A stretch of DNA of 64,000 nucleotides from an uncultured Phocaeicola sp. (GTDB lineage: Bacteria > Bacteroidota > Bacteroidia > Bacteroidales > Bacteroidaceae): the NCBI GenBank assembly GCA_944320885.1, contig CALUJE010000005.1:39355-103354 (forward strand). Direction: 5' to 3'. The position numbers and the translations under genes are program-made. This document shows, in pieces, positions 9,660-19,533 of this stretch; the first letter of the stretch is position 1; each line of letters opens with the position of its first letter. Under the pieces are notes generated by a model. That model had not been told where the DNA came from and did no database searches. It was given only the letters and a program-made list of their open reading frames with translations.

Positions 9660-9757
9660 TTATATAGTTATAGGTCTTGTCTTGTAATATATTCTATATG
9701 GTTTTCCGCTTGAAGAAAACCATCCATGCCTGAATGGTTCAGATAAACTATTCCAGA

Positions 9758-9765
9758 CAAAGATA
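9758..9765 (-). promoter_or_regulatory. Candidate Bacteroides -7 box (TATCTTTG on the minus strand)
   Basis: Matches TAnnTTTG. About 100 nt upstream of the ATG at 9659, in the 123-bp gap after the CE8 gene. Confidence 0.3.
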
Positions 9766-9782
9766 GATTTTCTTTATTGAAG

Positions 9783-11525
9783 TTACAAAGATGCGGCCGG
9801 ACTTAAACTTCCGTAACGGTTGGCCGCACGTACGTCATAAGTGCCCTGCATGTCATCTACTTCACAAGAGTTTTCCGTTGTATTGGCTACGTATTGCCAT
9901 TTTCCGTTAACCTGCTTGAATATCAGATAACACAAGGCTGTGTTGCTGCCTTCCCATGTAAGGGTTGTTCCGTTAAGTTTAATGCTGCTTTTTACAATTT
10001 CAGGAGTTTCTGAATAAAACTCTTTCGGATTCCATCCGTCGGTACCCATGATGATGTTCTCATATGTATAAGACGATACGTCGTTCAGTACATAAGGCCC
10101 TTCGTAAGTAGCGTATACACCGTTTACCAGATATTCCTTTTTGATGTTTTCTTCTACGGCAATGTTCTGGTTATTATATAAGGTATTGTATTCGGCGTAA
10201 AGTTTCGGAAGGACACTCATGTCATCCCAGTGTCCGTCTTTGATAGGAGCGTTCAGGGTGGTGTTAATCCATACTGAAACAGGTTCGTTCTGCCAGGGAC
10301 GTCCCAATGACAATGTTGTGGTAGAGGAAGTCAGTCCTTTCAGTTCATCGTCACCGTCAACGGTACAGTTGAGCATTACATGTCCCCATTTGGTTCCGGT
10401 ATAGTGGCTTCCGGCAGTGATGGGACCTCCACCCAGATTGATTCCTTGCTCGTTGGTACGGGTTACATTGTAGAAAGTAGAATTCTCAACCAGCAGGTTG
10501 GCGTTTCCGTACAAGTAGTCTGTACGGCCTTCTATCCAGCAGTTGTCGGCATAGTTGCGTGCGTGAAGATATGTGTCTCCGGTATTCATGCGTACCCACC
10601 ATGTATCCTGATAGGAAACCATACGGCAGTTGTAGAAAGCTATTCTGTCTGAGCGTGTCATCAGGGCGTCTGCCTGTCCGTCTAGCAGCAATCCTCCGTC
10701 ATAACGTTCTCCGTCGGCACCGAAAAGGTTGATGATTGAGAGGTTCTCACCATAGAAATCCATTCCGGATGAGTTGGCCTTGATAAGCAGTACGGCCTCA
10801 TTGTCGGTAGTATAACCGGCCTGACGGGCAGGAGAGGCGCTGTTTCTGATAGAGTAAGCCCAAGCCTCGCTGGTTGCGCTTCCCTGTGTGCCGTCGCTGT
10901 TTCCTGTACGGTTCACGGCGTATTGGATACGTGTATTTTCGCGGCTCTGTCCTATAAGGTGGATATAGGGTTTTGAAACAGACAACATTTCGTTGTAGTT
11001 TCCGTCGGCCACGAAAATAAGATACGGCTCTTCGTTGTTTGTCGGGGCAGCGGCTATGGCCTGGTTGATTGTAGTATAATCACCATTACCGTTGGCATCG
11101 ACTACTGCATCGAAAAGCTTGCGTTTGATTTCCAATGAATATTGCAATGTGATACCTTCAAAAGCCTGATTGCCGTTCATGTCTGTCAAGGCTCCTGACG
11201 GAATCTTTATTGTCAGTTCGTCGGCATAAGGCAGTGCGTAATGACAGTATACCACATTGTTGGTAATGATGACACGGGTAGCTTTATCGTTGATTGTAAT
11301 TTCTGTTCCGGATGCCTGTCTTACATTCTTGGAGAAAGTCAGTATCACCGTTCCTTCGGAAGTGATGGATGTGCCGTTTTCAGGAGTGTAGGATAACAGC
11401 GTCAGAGCGCTGTTATCTACCTTCTTGTCATCATCATTGCAGGCTGCTGTTAAGAAAATCAGCAATATACCTAAAAGGCATCTATTTAAGATATATAAGT
11501 GTTTTGCATTCATATGTTTTTGCAT
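9783..11525 (-). CDS. Pectinesterase (CE8) with N-terminal Ig-like domain, lipoprotein
   Basis: Lipobox LTAAC followed by NDDDKK. CE8 signatures SYQDTWW, GRTDYLYG and LGRPWQ. Confidence 0.9.
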   Translation of the reverse strand: MQKHMNAKHLYILNRCLLGILLIFLTAACNDDDKKVDNSALTLLSYTPENGTSITSEGTVILTFSKNVRQASGTEITINDKATRVIITNNVVYCHYALPYADELTIKIPSGALTDMNGNQAFEGITLQYSLEIKRKLFDAVVDANGNGDYTTINQAIAAAPTNNEEPYLIFVADGNYNEMLSVSKPYIHLIGQSRENTRIQYAVNRTGNSDGTQGSATSEAWAYSIRNSASPARQAGYTTDNEAVLLIKANSSGMDFYGENLSIINLFGADGERYDGGLLLDGQADALMTRSDRIAFYNCRMVSYQDTWWVRMNTGDTYLHARNYADNCWIEGRTDYLYGNANLLVENSTFYNVTRTNEQGINLGGGPITAGSHYTGTKWGHVMLNCTVDGDDELKGLTSSTTTLSLGRPWQNEPVSVWINTTLNAPIKDGHWDDMSVLPKLYAEYNTLYNNQNIAVEENIKKEYLVNGVYATYEGPYVLNDVSSYTYENIIMGTDGWNPKEFYSETPEIVKSSIKLNGTTLTWEGSNTALCYLIFKQVNGKWQYVANTTENSCEVDDMQGTYDVRAANRYGSLSPAASL

Positions 11526-11535
11526 TATAGGTTAA

Positions 11536-13941
11536 TTATTGATTCCAACGTGAGTCGCCATAGGCTGCGTATTGAGAATCGGTTACCGTAAAGTCACCGC
11601 TTGCCGGAGCCTTGAACAGTCCGTTCGAATCGGTACTGATGGCAGTAGTCCATGTTCCTGCTGTTCCGCTGCAGTCACTGGTATGGAATACATTTTCAGA
11701 CTGTATGGCCAGACCGCTCGGACTTGTTGTCATCATACATTTGCCAAAGAGGGTATTGGTAACGCTTACTGACGGAGTGGCACTGTTGCTCAGTCTCAAC
11801 CAGTAACCGCTGCTGTTGCCTGTATTGTTGCTGTCATAGAACGTACAGTGGTCAATCTTGATATTTACGGTTGCAGACTGGTCGAGTCGGATAATGCAGC
11901 GGGTAAATCCGGAAGCTGTTGTATTGCTCATTGAAATGTTGTCAACCTGGCTGGTCGAAGCACTGCTTTCAGAGTGAACAAGACTGTAGTTACCTACGTC
12001 TTTTATGTTACAGTCATCAAATACGATGTTACGGATATGGGCTGCAGAAGCTCCGGCGTCACGCATGCTTACCAGTCCGCCACCGCTTAGGTTGGAGATG
12101 TTGCAGGAAACAAACTCAAAGCGTTCGATGGTACCTACCGTAGCATTTTCTCCCAAGCGGAATGCATAGTTGCCGTTACCGTCAATATTCAGGTTATAGA
12201 ACTCTATCTGTGTCTTGTCGCCTTCTACATCCCAACGCTGTACGCGCAAGCTCGGTTTGGCGCTGTCTTCCAGTTCCACTTCTTCACCGTTGCCTCCCCA
12301 GATAAGGAGTGAGGTGATTCTGGCAGGAATAATCAGATTTGATATTCCTTCAATCGTAGTTCCGACCGGAATCAGTACGGCAATGTTACCGCTGGCCTCA
12401 GAGTCATTGAGTATGTTGGTGAAGTCGCTTCCGGAACTGATGGTACGCACGTCATATCCAGCCAGCGGATTTACTTTTGTAGTAAAGGTGGTAGGATTGC
12501 TTATCTTGTTTCCTTCCTTGTCGAAGAGCACGAAAGTATAGGCTGTATTCGATTCCAGACCGTTTACGGTTACAGACCGTGCCTGCAATTCTTCTGAGGT
12601 AAGCACAAAATCACCGGTCGAAGGTTCGCTTCCGGCAGCATAACCGTAAGAATAGATATCTGCGTCGGTCTCTTCCCAGGTGAAAGTGACAGAGCTGATA
12701 GTCGATTCACCGCTCAGATCTATTTTATTCTCTTTTGTTCTGGCAGTGCTGATACCACGCAATACATCATGATCGCCATAGATACGGATGGTGTAGTTTG
12801 TGAGCGGACGTAATCCGGTAAGAGTTGCCTGTCCGGCCGATATCTCTTCTGCAGTCAGCTCATGCGAAACAGCTTCTTCTTCGTTATCTGCCTGATAAGT
12901 CAGATAAGTAACATTCTTTCCGTTGGCGGTCCATGTTGCTGTAATGGCACTTCCGGTTATGTTCTGGTCTTCTATGTTCAATATCTGTTCGGTTGTGGTT
13001 TTTGCAGCTCCGTATATAGAACTTTCATTGTAGATATAGAACGTATATTCCGTTCCCAGTTCCAGACCTTCTACCGTTACCTGTGACGCATCAAGGTCTG
13101 TTTCGGTTAAGGCTACTTTCACGGCTTCACTTTCACCGGCTTTGACATAACCGTAATGAGTCATTATACGACCGTTTGAGTTCCAGTGCAAAGTTACATT
13201 ACCTCCTACGATATCTTCTTCATTGATGGCGCTCATAATCTGTTCTGTGGTAGCTTCTGTCATACCGCGCAGATCTTCGTCATTGTAAATGTAGATAACG
13301 TAGTGTGTACCTGCCTGTAAATCTGTAAGCAGAGCTGTGCCTGCAGTCTTTTCTTCTTCGGTAAGGTCATGTGTAACCGTTTGTGTGGTTACATCGTCTC
13401 CCGCAGAAACTTGATATTCATATACCAGGTGAGTTACCGGTAATCCGGATGAGGTATCCCATGAAACCTGAATGGTGGTGCCGGTGATGCCGTTGTCGTC
13501 AACGCCGTTTTCCAGAATATTTTCTTCTGTTGTTTCAAAGCTGCCGTCTTTATAGCTCCATGCAGACTGCAGATTGCCTCCATAAGCCTTGACACGGATG
13601 TAATATTCGGTTTCTTTGGTCAGTCCCTTGATTACTGCCGGGGTACTGGTAATGGATTTGTCTTCACCGAAAACGATGGAGTTTGTTCCGGTTCCTAGAG
13701 CAATGTCATCGCTCAAAGGTTCGGTACTTACTTCTATTACGTAGTATTCTGCTCCCTGAGAGGCTGTCCAGCTTACAGAAGCCGTTTGTGCCGAAGGAGT
13801 GACTGTTATGTTGCTTACGCGGAACAGGGCAGCTTTCGATGCATCCGTTTCCCAATCGTTGCCGTCGGTGCAGGCTGCGCAAACAATCAGTCCGCATAAT
13901 AATGCGGCAAGTGTTTTCATTATATTATTCAGTTGTTTCAT
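11536..13941 (-). CDS. Surface lipoprotein with about five Fn3-like repeats plus a C-terminal right-handed beta-helix-like domain (SusE/F-position glycan-binding candidate)
   Basis: Lipobox IVCAAC. Repeated ~85-aa modules each end in a T.Y.(I/F).(I/V)Y pattern. C-terminal about 300 aa are rich in N/S/T repeats typical of pectate-lyase-fold domains. Sits directly downstream of susD. Confidence 0.8.
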   Translation of the reverse strand: MKQLNNIMKTLAALLCGLIVCAACTDGNDWETDASKAALFRVSNITVTPSAQTASVSWTASQGAEYYVIEVSTEPLSDDIALGTGTNSIVFGEDKSITSTPAVIKGLTKETEYYIRVKAYGGNLQSAWSYKDGSFETTEENILENGVDDNGITGTTIQVSWDTSSGLPVTHLVYEYQVSAGDDVTTQTVTHDLTEEEKTAGTALLTDLQAGTHYVIYIYNDEDLRGMTEATTEQIMSAINEEDIVGGNVTLHWNSNGRIMTHYGYVKAGESEAVKVALTETDLDASQVTVEGLELGTEYTFYIYNESSIYGAAKTTTEQILNIEDQNITGSAITATWTANGKNVTYLTYQADNEEEAVSHELTAEEISAGQATLTGLRPLTNYTIRIYGDHDVLRGISTARTKENKIDLSGESTISSVTFTWEETDADIYSYGYAAGSEPSTGDFVLTSEELQARSVTVNGLESNTAYTFVLFDKEGNKISNPTTFTTKVNPLAGYDVRTISSGSDFTNILNDSEASGNIAVLIPVGTTIEGISNLIIPARITSLLIWGGNGEEVELEDSAKPSLRVQRWDVEGDKTQIEFYNLNIDGNGNYAFRLGENATVGTIERFEFVSCNISNLSGGGLVSMRDAGASAAHIRNIVFDDCNIKDVGNYSLVHSESSASTSQVDNISMSNTTASGFTRCIIRLDQSATVNIKIDHCTFYDSNNTGNSSGYWLRLSNSATPSVSVTNTLFGKCMMTTSPSGLAIQSENVFHTSDCSGTAGTWTTAISTDSNGLFKAPASGDFTVTDSQYAAYGDSRWNQ

Positions 13942-13955
13942 AATTGTGCGTCTTG

Positions 13956-15896
13956 TTAGTTGGAATATCCGTATGAATTAGACAATACACCGTTAGAGGC
14001 AGAAATCGTGGTCGAAGCGATAGGCAGCAGATAACGGTTCTTTACGGAAACGGCATCTTTGCTTCCGGTAAGGCTGTTGCCTACCAGTCCGCTTGAAATA
14101 GAAGGCAGATTGGTATTCATCTGCGTATCATCTACCTTTCCCCAGCTGGAACGGCTACCCTGATAATTGCTGGCAGACATTCCTTCAGGAATACCGTAAT
14201 AGGTAATGCTGCTTGCGTCAATCTTGGTTTTTGCGTCATCACTGTAGTTGAAATAGAGCGTACTCTGGTACGTACCGTCGTTAACCTGTGATACATATGT
14301 CTGTTTGAATTCGATAATCTTGTCTACCAGCAGATTCCAGCGGATAAGGTCGTATTTGCGGAAACCTTCTCCGGCCAGTTCCCATGCGTTTTCATCAACA
14401 ATAGCCTCAAAGAAATCTTCTTTGCTTCTTGTTATCGTATTCAGATAAGTCTCTTCCGTTTCAGGATTCTCAAAAGAACGGTTGTGTACTTCGGCCAGTG
14501 CTTCCTGGGCTGTGATACCGGCATCGTTGGTATAGCTGCCGGTCGGTCCGGCCAGTTCGTTCATTACCTCGGCATACATCAGCAATACCTGCGGATAACG
14601 CATGCGTACTACATTGATACCGCTCATCCATTTGGAATCCGGGTCGTAGGTTGCAACCAGGTTGGCCAGTTCGTTGTCGAATTTACGGACATCCCATTTT
14701 CCCACATAGATGGCGAAAGGAGAATTGCCGAGCAACTGCTCTTTCGCCACTCCGTCAGTTTGGCGGATATCAAAGTTTGCACAGGTAATGTCTCTGCGCT
14801 GGTCACCCTTGTGGAAAGAATAGAGGTAAGGAGCGGTCAGTTTCATTTTTCCGCTGGAATTGTGGCCATAAGAAGTATTTCCGTTCATACGTACGCCAAC
14901 CGTATAGCCTAACTCACCGGTAGCTCCCATACCCATTGGAATTTCGAAGATATTTTCGTGATAGGTATTGTCGAGTGTACGCTGGTTGATCAACAGCCAT
15001 TGGTTTTCTACCGACGGATTGAGCTGATGTGTTTTGTTGGTGATGATTGCAGAAAGGTGGAGCAGTGCCAGTTCATACATCTGCTTGCGGGTTGCATCAT
15101 CACATCTTTGGGTAGGATATACGGCATCGCTGTATTCGGCTGTAACATATCCTTCCTTGGCTTTTTCGCGGATCATCCATCCAGAGCGTGTAAGGGCAAT
15201 GTTGGCCAATAAGGCATGAGCATATCCCTTGGTTACGCGTTCGGTTGTATAATCGGATACCTGACCGGCCCACGGCAATAATTCTATAGCCTCTTCGAGG
15301 TCGGTAATCAGTCTGTCCATAATCTCATCGCGGTCGGTCTTGCTTAAATAAACGTTGCTCAGGTCTGATTGTGAAGGTTCCATTTTCATGGGTACATCAC
15401 CGAAGATACGGATTAAGTCGAAATAAATCATGGCACGGATAGTCAGTGCTTCGCCCTTGTAGCGGAGCATGGTCGTGCGGTTTTCATTACCTTTGGCAAT
15501 GAGCGGACTTTTTTCTATTCCGTCAATAGCCAGATTGGCGTTTTCGATAATTCCGTACATGGCATCCCACATTTTGGCAATGTCGCTCCATCCCGGGCTT
15601 ACATTGTAATTCATGGCACCGCGGTTGTGTGCCGTATTCTGCGTGTCACTGCCCAGACCGTCTACCAGTTCGCAGTCGGAGTTCAGTCCCCATATGATGG
15701 GAAGGTATTGTGAATAGGTCTCATCCTGAGCCATGTCACCATACAATTTGTTGATGGCGAAACCTGTGTAGGCCACAGATTCGAAAACACTGTTTTGCGG
15801 CAGTTCTGATGGAGCCGTCTGGTCTAGGAAGTCTGAACAGGACGTTGTGCTGAGAATACCGATGGCCAGACAAAATGTTTTGATTATATGTTTCAT
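13956..15896 (-). CDS. SusD/RagB family nutrient-binding outer membrane lipoprotein
   Basis: Lipobox STTSC then SDFLDQ. 646 aa, directly downstream of the SusC-like gene. TPR-like N-terminal region typical of the family. Confidence 0.92.
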   Translation of the reverse strand: MKHIIKTFCLAIGILSTTSCSDFLDQTAPSELPQNSVFESVAYTGFAINKLYGDMAQDETYSQYLPIIWGLNSDCELVDGLGSDTQNTAHNRGAMNYNVSPGWSDIAKMWDAMYGIIENANLAIDGIEKSPLIAKGNENRTTMLRYKGEALTIRAMIYFDLIRIFGDVPMKMEPSQSDLSNVYLSKTDRDEIMDRLITDLEEAIELLPWAGQVSDYTTERVTKGYAHALLANIALTRSGWMIREKAKEGYVTAEYSDAVYPTQRCDDATRKQMYELALLHLSAIITNKTHQLNPSVENQWLLINQRTLDNTYHENIFEIPMGMGATGELGYTVGVRMNGNTSYGHNSSGKMKLTAPYLYSFHKGDQRRDITCANFDIRQTDGVAKEQLLGNSPFAIYVGKWDVRKFDNELANLVATYDPDSKWMSGINVVRMRYPQVLLMYAEVMNELAGPTGSYTNDAGITAQEALAEVHNRSFENPETEETYLNTITRSKEDFFEAIVDENAWELAGEGFRKYDLIRWNLLVDKIIEFKQTYVSQVNDGTYQSTLYFNYSDDAKTKIDASSITYYGIPEGMSASNYQGSRSSWGKVDDTQMNTNLPSISSGLVGNSLTGSKDAVSVKNRYLLPIASTTISASNGVLSNSYGYSN

Positions 15897-15917
15897 TGTT
15901 ATTGTAGTCTTTAAATA

Positions 15918-18900
15918 TTAGAATGTTACATTAATACCACCTACGAAAGAACGGCTTTTCGGATAAGCCGCATAATCTACTCCGGGAGTCATGAGATTGC
16001 GTTTGCTGCTGGTATCTACTTCCGGGTCGGTTCCCGAGTAATTGGTGAATACCCAGAGATTGTATCCGGTAAAGTAAATACGGACGTTTTCCATAAACCA
16101 TTTCTTTATCCAGGTCTTGGGCAGGGTATATCCCACGGTGATATTGTTCAGACGTAAGAAAGAAGCGTCTTCTACTGCATAGTCAATGAGCTGCATGGTT
16201 GTAACTCCTGCCGGATTCCATATGTTGGCATTGGCATTCAGTTCATTCAAACGGTTTATCAGGCCCTGTTCGCCTCCGTATTGTTCTATGGTTGTACTGC
16301 TGTTTATTTTTCCCAGATTCAATCCGTTTTCGGGGTCAATCCATGTGTAGCGGTTAGAGAGCTTGAAATCTTCGTTCAAGTTGTATGCTCCGCTTGAGCC
16401 CGCATTGAAGGAAGTGGCCAGTTTGGTTCCGTTTATCAGCTTGTTGCCGATAGAATAGTTCATGAATACCGAAAAGTCAAAGTTTCCTGCCTGTCCGTCA
16501 AAGCCGAATCCGCCAACTACCGGTGCGATGGTATTGCCCAGTTTCTGTTTGACAGGATTACCGTTTTCGTCACATTCCACTTTCAGTCCACCGGGATAAT
16601 AAGAACCTCCGGTCAGTGCGGCACTGTTGTCTTTTACTCCGTCTTTAAGAGTCCATGTGCGGCCGTCGTCAGCCAGAATCAGTTCACCGGCAGGATTGGT
16701 TACTGGGTCGTAAGCTGTATAGAATCCGTTGGTCTTGTAACCCCAGATTTCTCCCAGGCTACCACCTTCATGAATGTAGAAGTCTTCATATTGTGAAATG
16801 ATTGAGCCTCCCCAGTTACTGTTCTGCCATGAATTCTGGTTGTTGAGCTTGTCGATGTTGTTTTTATTGTATGCAATATTGAAGTTGAAGTTGATTCCAA
16901 ACTTTTTGGTATCGGCCAGAATGGCTTTTAAGGTCAGTTCAACACCCTTGTTTGAAGTCTGTCCGAAGTTCTGGTACTGATAATTGTAACCGGACATGGA
17001 AGGAACTTCGGTACGCATCAGCAAGTCGCGTGTCGTATTCCAGTAAAAATCCAAAGTTCCTGAAATGCGGTTACCCCAGAAGCCATAATCAACACCGAAG
17101 TTACGGGTTATGGTAGTTTCCCATTTCAAGTCAGGATTGTATAAATAGGTTCCATGCTCTAACATTGCAGTGCGGTCTTCTCCGAAATAAGGATATTTTC
17201 CGGATGTGCCGGATATGGTATAAGTTGTGGAAATCAGTCCGGAACTGATACGGTTGTTACCGGCAGTACCGTAGCTTAAACGGAGTTTCAGGGATGAAAG
17301 CCAGTTTGCAGTGCTTTGCATGAACGGTTCGTCAGAGATGCGCCATGCGAAGGCAGCTGACGGGAAGAATCCCCAACGGTTATTTTCTGCGAATTTGCTG
17401 GAACCGTCGGCACGTGCTGTTACGGTAAACAGATATTTATCCTTTAAGGTATAATTGACACGTCCGAAGAATGACAACATTGTCTCTTTGGCGGCAATAT
17501 CAGACTCGGCAGCATACAGTTCGCCTGTACCGATTTGTGCCAGAACTTCGCTGGGCTCCATTTGTGAAGGGAAGTTCACGTAGGTATTTGTCACGGCTTT
17601 CTCCTGGCTGCTGCTTACTTCATGTCCTAAAAGGATATTGAGGCGGTCACGTCCGTTGAAAAGCTTTTTGTTGTCATAAGTGATGGTGTTGGCATTGCGC
17701 CAGTTGCGTGTATCATCACTGATGATGGCTGCCTGCGGTTGTCCGTTGTATGCCAGATTGGAGTTTCGCGTAGCGTCAGAGCCCCATGCCTGGTTGGTAT
17801 CGTCCATACGCCATCCGTAACCGAATTCAGAACGTATGGTGATGTTCTTGAAAGGTTTCCAGTTTACGCCAATGTTATAGTTCTGTCGGAATGAACGTTT
17901 TTGCTTGTATGTAGCCAGCAAACGCTCCAGTGGTGTTGCTGTCTGTGCAGAGCTGCCTTCGTCGGTATCATCGCTGTTGTCGTCGGAAGCGTTCAGGTAT
18001 TGTACGGGACGGAAGCGTACGGCATTTGTCACGATAGAGTTGGTAGCGTTTGATTCGTTGGTATCAGAACCGCTGCCCAGACCATCGGTTACAGCATTGC
18101 TTAAACGTGCCTGGAAATCTATTGAAATCCATTTGTTCAGTTCCGTATTGATTTTTGCGTTGATGTTGTCTTTGCGGTAGCCTGAACCCAGCATGATGCT
18201 TTCTTCATCATTGTGTGAGTAGTTGATGTTGTATTTCAGCTGTTTGGTTCCTCCGCTTATGTTGACGTTGTATTGCAACTGATTGCCGGTACGGCCGAAA
18301 ATCTCATCCTGATAATCTGTTCCTGCGATGGATTTGTAAATGTCGAAGTCTTCAAAAACGCCGAAGTTGCCTTCGCCGTTAACTTCATAATTGTAGTATA
18401 CAAAGTCGTACGGACTGAGTACTTTGGTGAGCTTTGTTGCCTGCTTGAACGCATAAGATGCTCCGAAGTCTACCTTTGTCTTTCCCTCAGTACCGCTTTT
18501 TGTGGTAATTATCACTACACCGTTGGCACCGCGTGCACCGTATATGGCAGTAGAAGAAGCGTCCTTCAGCACGTCTACCGATTCGATTTCGCTTGGTGAT
18601 ATGTCACCGATGCTTGATACGGGAAATCCGTCGACGATATAAAGCGGTGAGTTGTCCTGTGAAAGTGAACCTCCACCACGGATACGTATGTTCACGTCTC
18701 CGTCAGGCGAGCCGTCGGTAGTGGTTACGCTGACACCGGCCAGTTTTCCGGTCAACGCTTCAGATACACTGGTTACCGGTACGGCAGCCAGGTCTTCTCC
18801 CTTTACAGATGCGACCGAACCGGTCAGGTCACGTTTGTTTACGGTTCCATAACCGATGACCACAACTTCATCCAGTACTTTGGTATCTTCATTCATGATA

Positions 18901-19181
18901 ACGTCGAGGTGCTTTTGACCATTCACCTTGACTTCTTTGGTTACATAACCCACATACGTAAAAACCAGGACGGAAGACTTGTCAACGGATGGTAATGAAA
19001 AATTACCGTCGAAGTCTGTTATCACACCCGTCTTTGTTCCTTTTACCAGTACACTTACGCCGATCATGGGTTCGCCGTTCGTGTCTTTCACAGTACCCTG
19101 TATCTTGTCTTGCGCATAAGACATCATACAAAGCATGCTCATCAAGAGCCATGAGACAAACTTTAGTTTTTTCTGATGCAT
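15918..19181 (-). CDS. SusC/RagA family TonB-dependent outer-membrane transporter
   Basis: 1087 aa. Signal peptide, carboxypeptidase-regulatory-like domain (GTVKDTNGEPMIGVSVLVKGT), plug (VVIGYGT), C-terminal ...GINVTF beta-barrel end. No N-terminal STN/anti-sigma signalling domain. Confidence 0.95.
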   Translation of the reverse strand: MHQKKLKFVSWLLMSMLCMMSYAQDKIQGTVKDTNGEPMIGVSVLVKGTKTGVITDFDGNFSLPSVDKSSVLVFTYVGYVTKEVKVNGQKHLDVIMNEDTKVLDEVVVIGYGTVNKRDLTGSVASVKGEDLAAVPVTSVSEALTGKLAGVSVTTTDGSPDGDVNIRIRGGGSLSQDNSPLYIVDGFPVSSIGDISPSEIESVDVLKDASSTAIYGARGANGVVIITTKSGTEGKTKVDFGASYAFKQATKLTKVLSPYDFVYYNYEVNGEGNFGVFEDFDIYKSIAGTDYQDEIFGRTGNQLQYNVNISGGTKQLKYNINYSHNDEESIMLGSGYRKDNINAKINTELNKWISIDFQARLSNAVTDGLGSGSDTNESNATNSIVTNAVRFRPVQYLNASDDNSDDTDEGSSAQTATPLERLLATYKQKRSFRQNYNIGVNWKPFKNITIRSEFGYGWRMDDTNQAWGSDATRNSNLAYNGQPQAAIISDDTRNWRNANTITYDNKKLFNGRDRLNILLGHEVSSSQEKAVTNTYVNFPSQMEPSEVLAQIGTGELYAAESDIAAKETMLSFFGRVNYTLKDKYLFTVTARADGSSKFAENNRWGFFPSAAFAWRISDEPFMQSTANWLSSLKLRLSYGTAGNNRISSGLISTTYTISGTSGKYPYFGEDRTAMLEHGTYLYNPDLKWETTITRNFGVDYGFWGNRISGTLDFYWNTTRDLLMRTEVPSMSGYNYQYQNFGQTSNKGVELTLKAILADTKKFGINFNFNIAYNKNNIDKLNNQNSWQNSNWGGSIISQYEDFYIHEGGSLGEIWGYKTNGFYTAYDPVTNPAGELILADDGRTWTLKDGVKDNSAALTGGSYYPGGLKVECDENGNPVKQKLGNTIAPVVGGFGFDGQAGNFDFSVFMNYSIGNKLINGTKLATSFNAGSSGAYNLNEDFKLSNRYTWIDPENGLNLGKINSSTTIEQYGGEQGLINRLNELNANANIWNPAGVTTMQLIDYAVEDASFLRLNNITVGYTLPKTWIKKWFMENVRIYFTGYNLWVFTNYSGTDPEVDTSSKRNLMTPGVDYAAYPKSRSFVGGINVTF

Positions 19182-19241
19182 AAAAATATTAAATTAAGAG
19201 ATTTTTTCTTAGTGGACCTTAGAGTTATCAAAAGGGCGCGG

Positions 19242-19249
19242 CAAATATA
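19242..19249 (-). promoter_or_regulatory. Candidate -7 box for susC (TATATTTG on the minus strand)
   Basis: Matches the Bacteroides TAnnTTTG consensus. About 60 nt upstream of the susC ATG at 19181. Confidence 0.4.
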
Positions 19250-19533
19250 AGGTAAGTGCGCGCATAAAAAAACAGGCGGATTCTGATTGGCGAAAAAGTG
19301 CTAACTTTTGCACATTTTGTCTTTATGATTAATCTCTGTATCTTGTCTGTCAGGCAGAAAGATGTACTGAACAGGAGGTGAAGTGAACAGTTTTTGCGTA
19401 TCTATAGGCCGGGAGTTCTTATTTATTCCGAAGATGTCTGTATCAGTACAGAGGCTGGTGTATTGAAGACGGGAGCCGTTTTTATTCTTCAAAGACCAAG
19501 CTTGAATCTCCAAGAGACAGCCCGCATGTTTTT

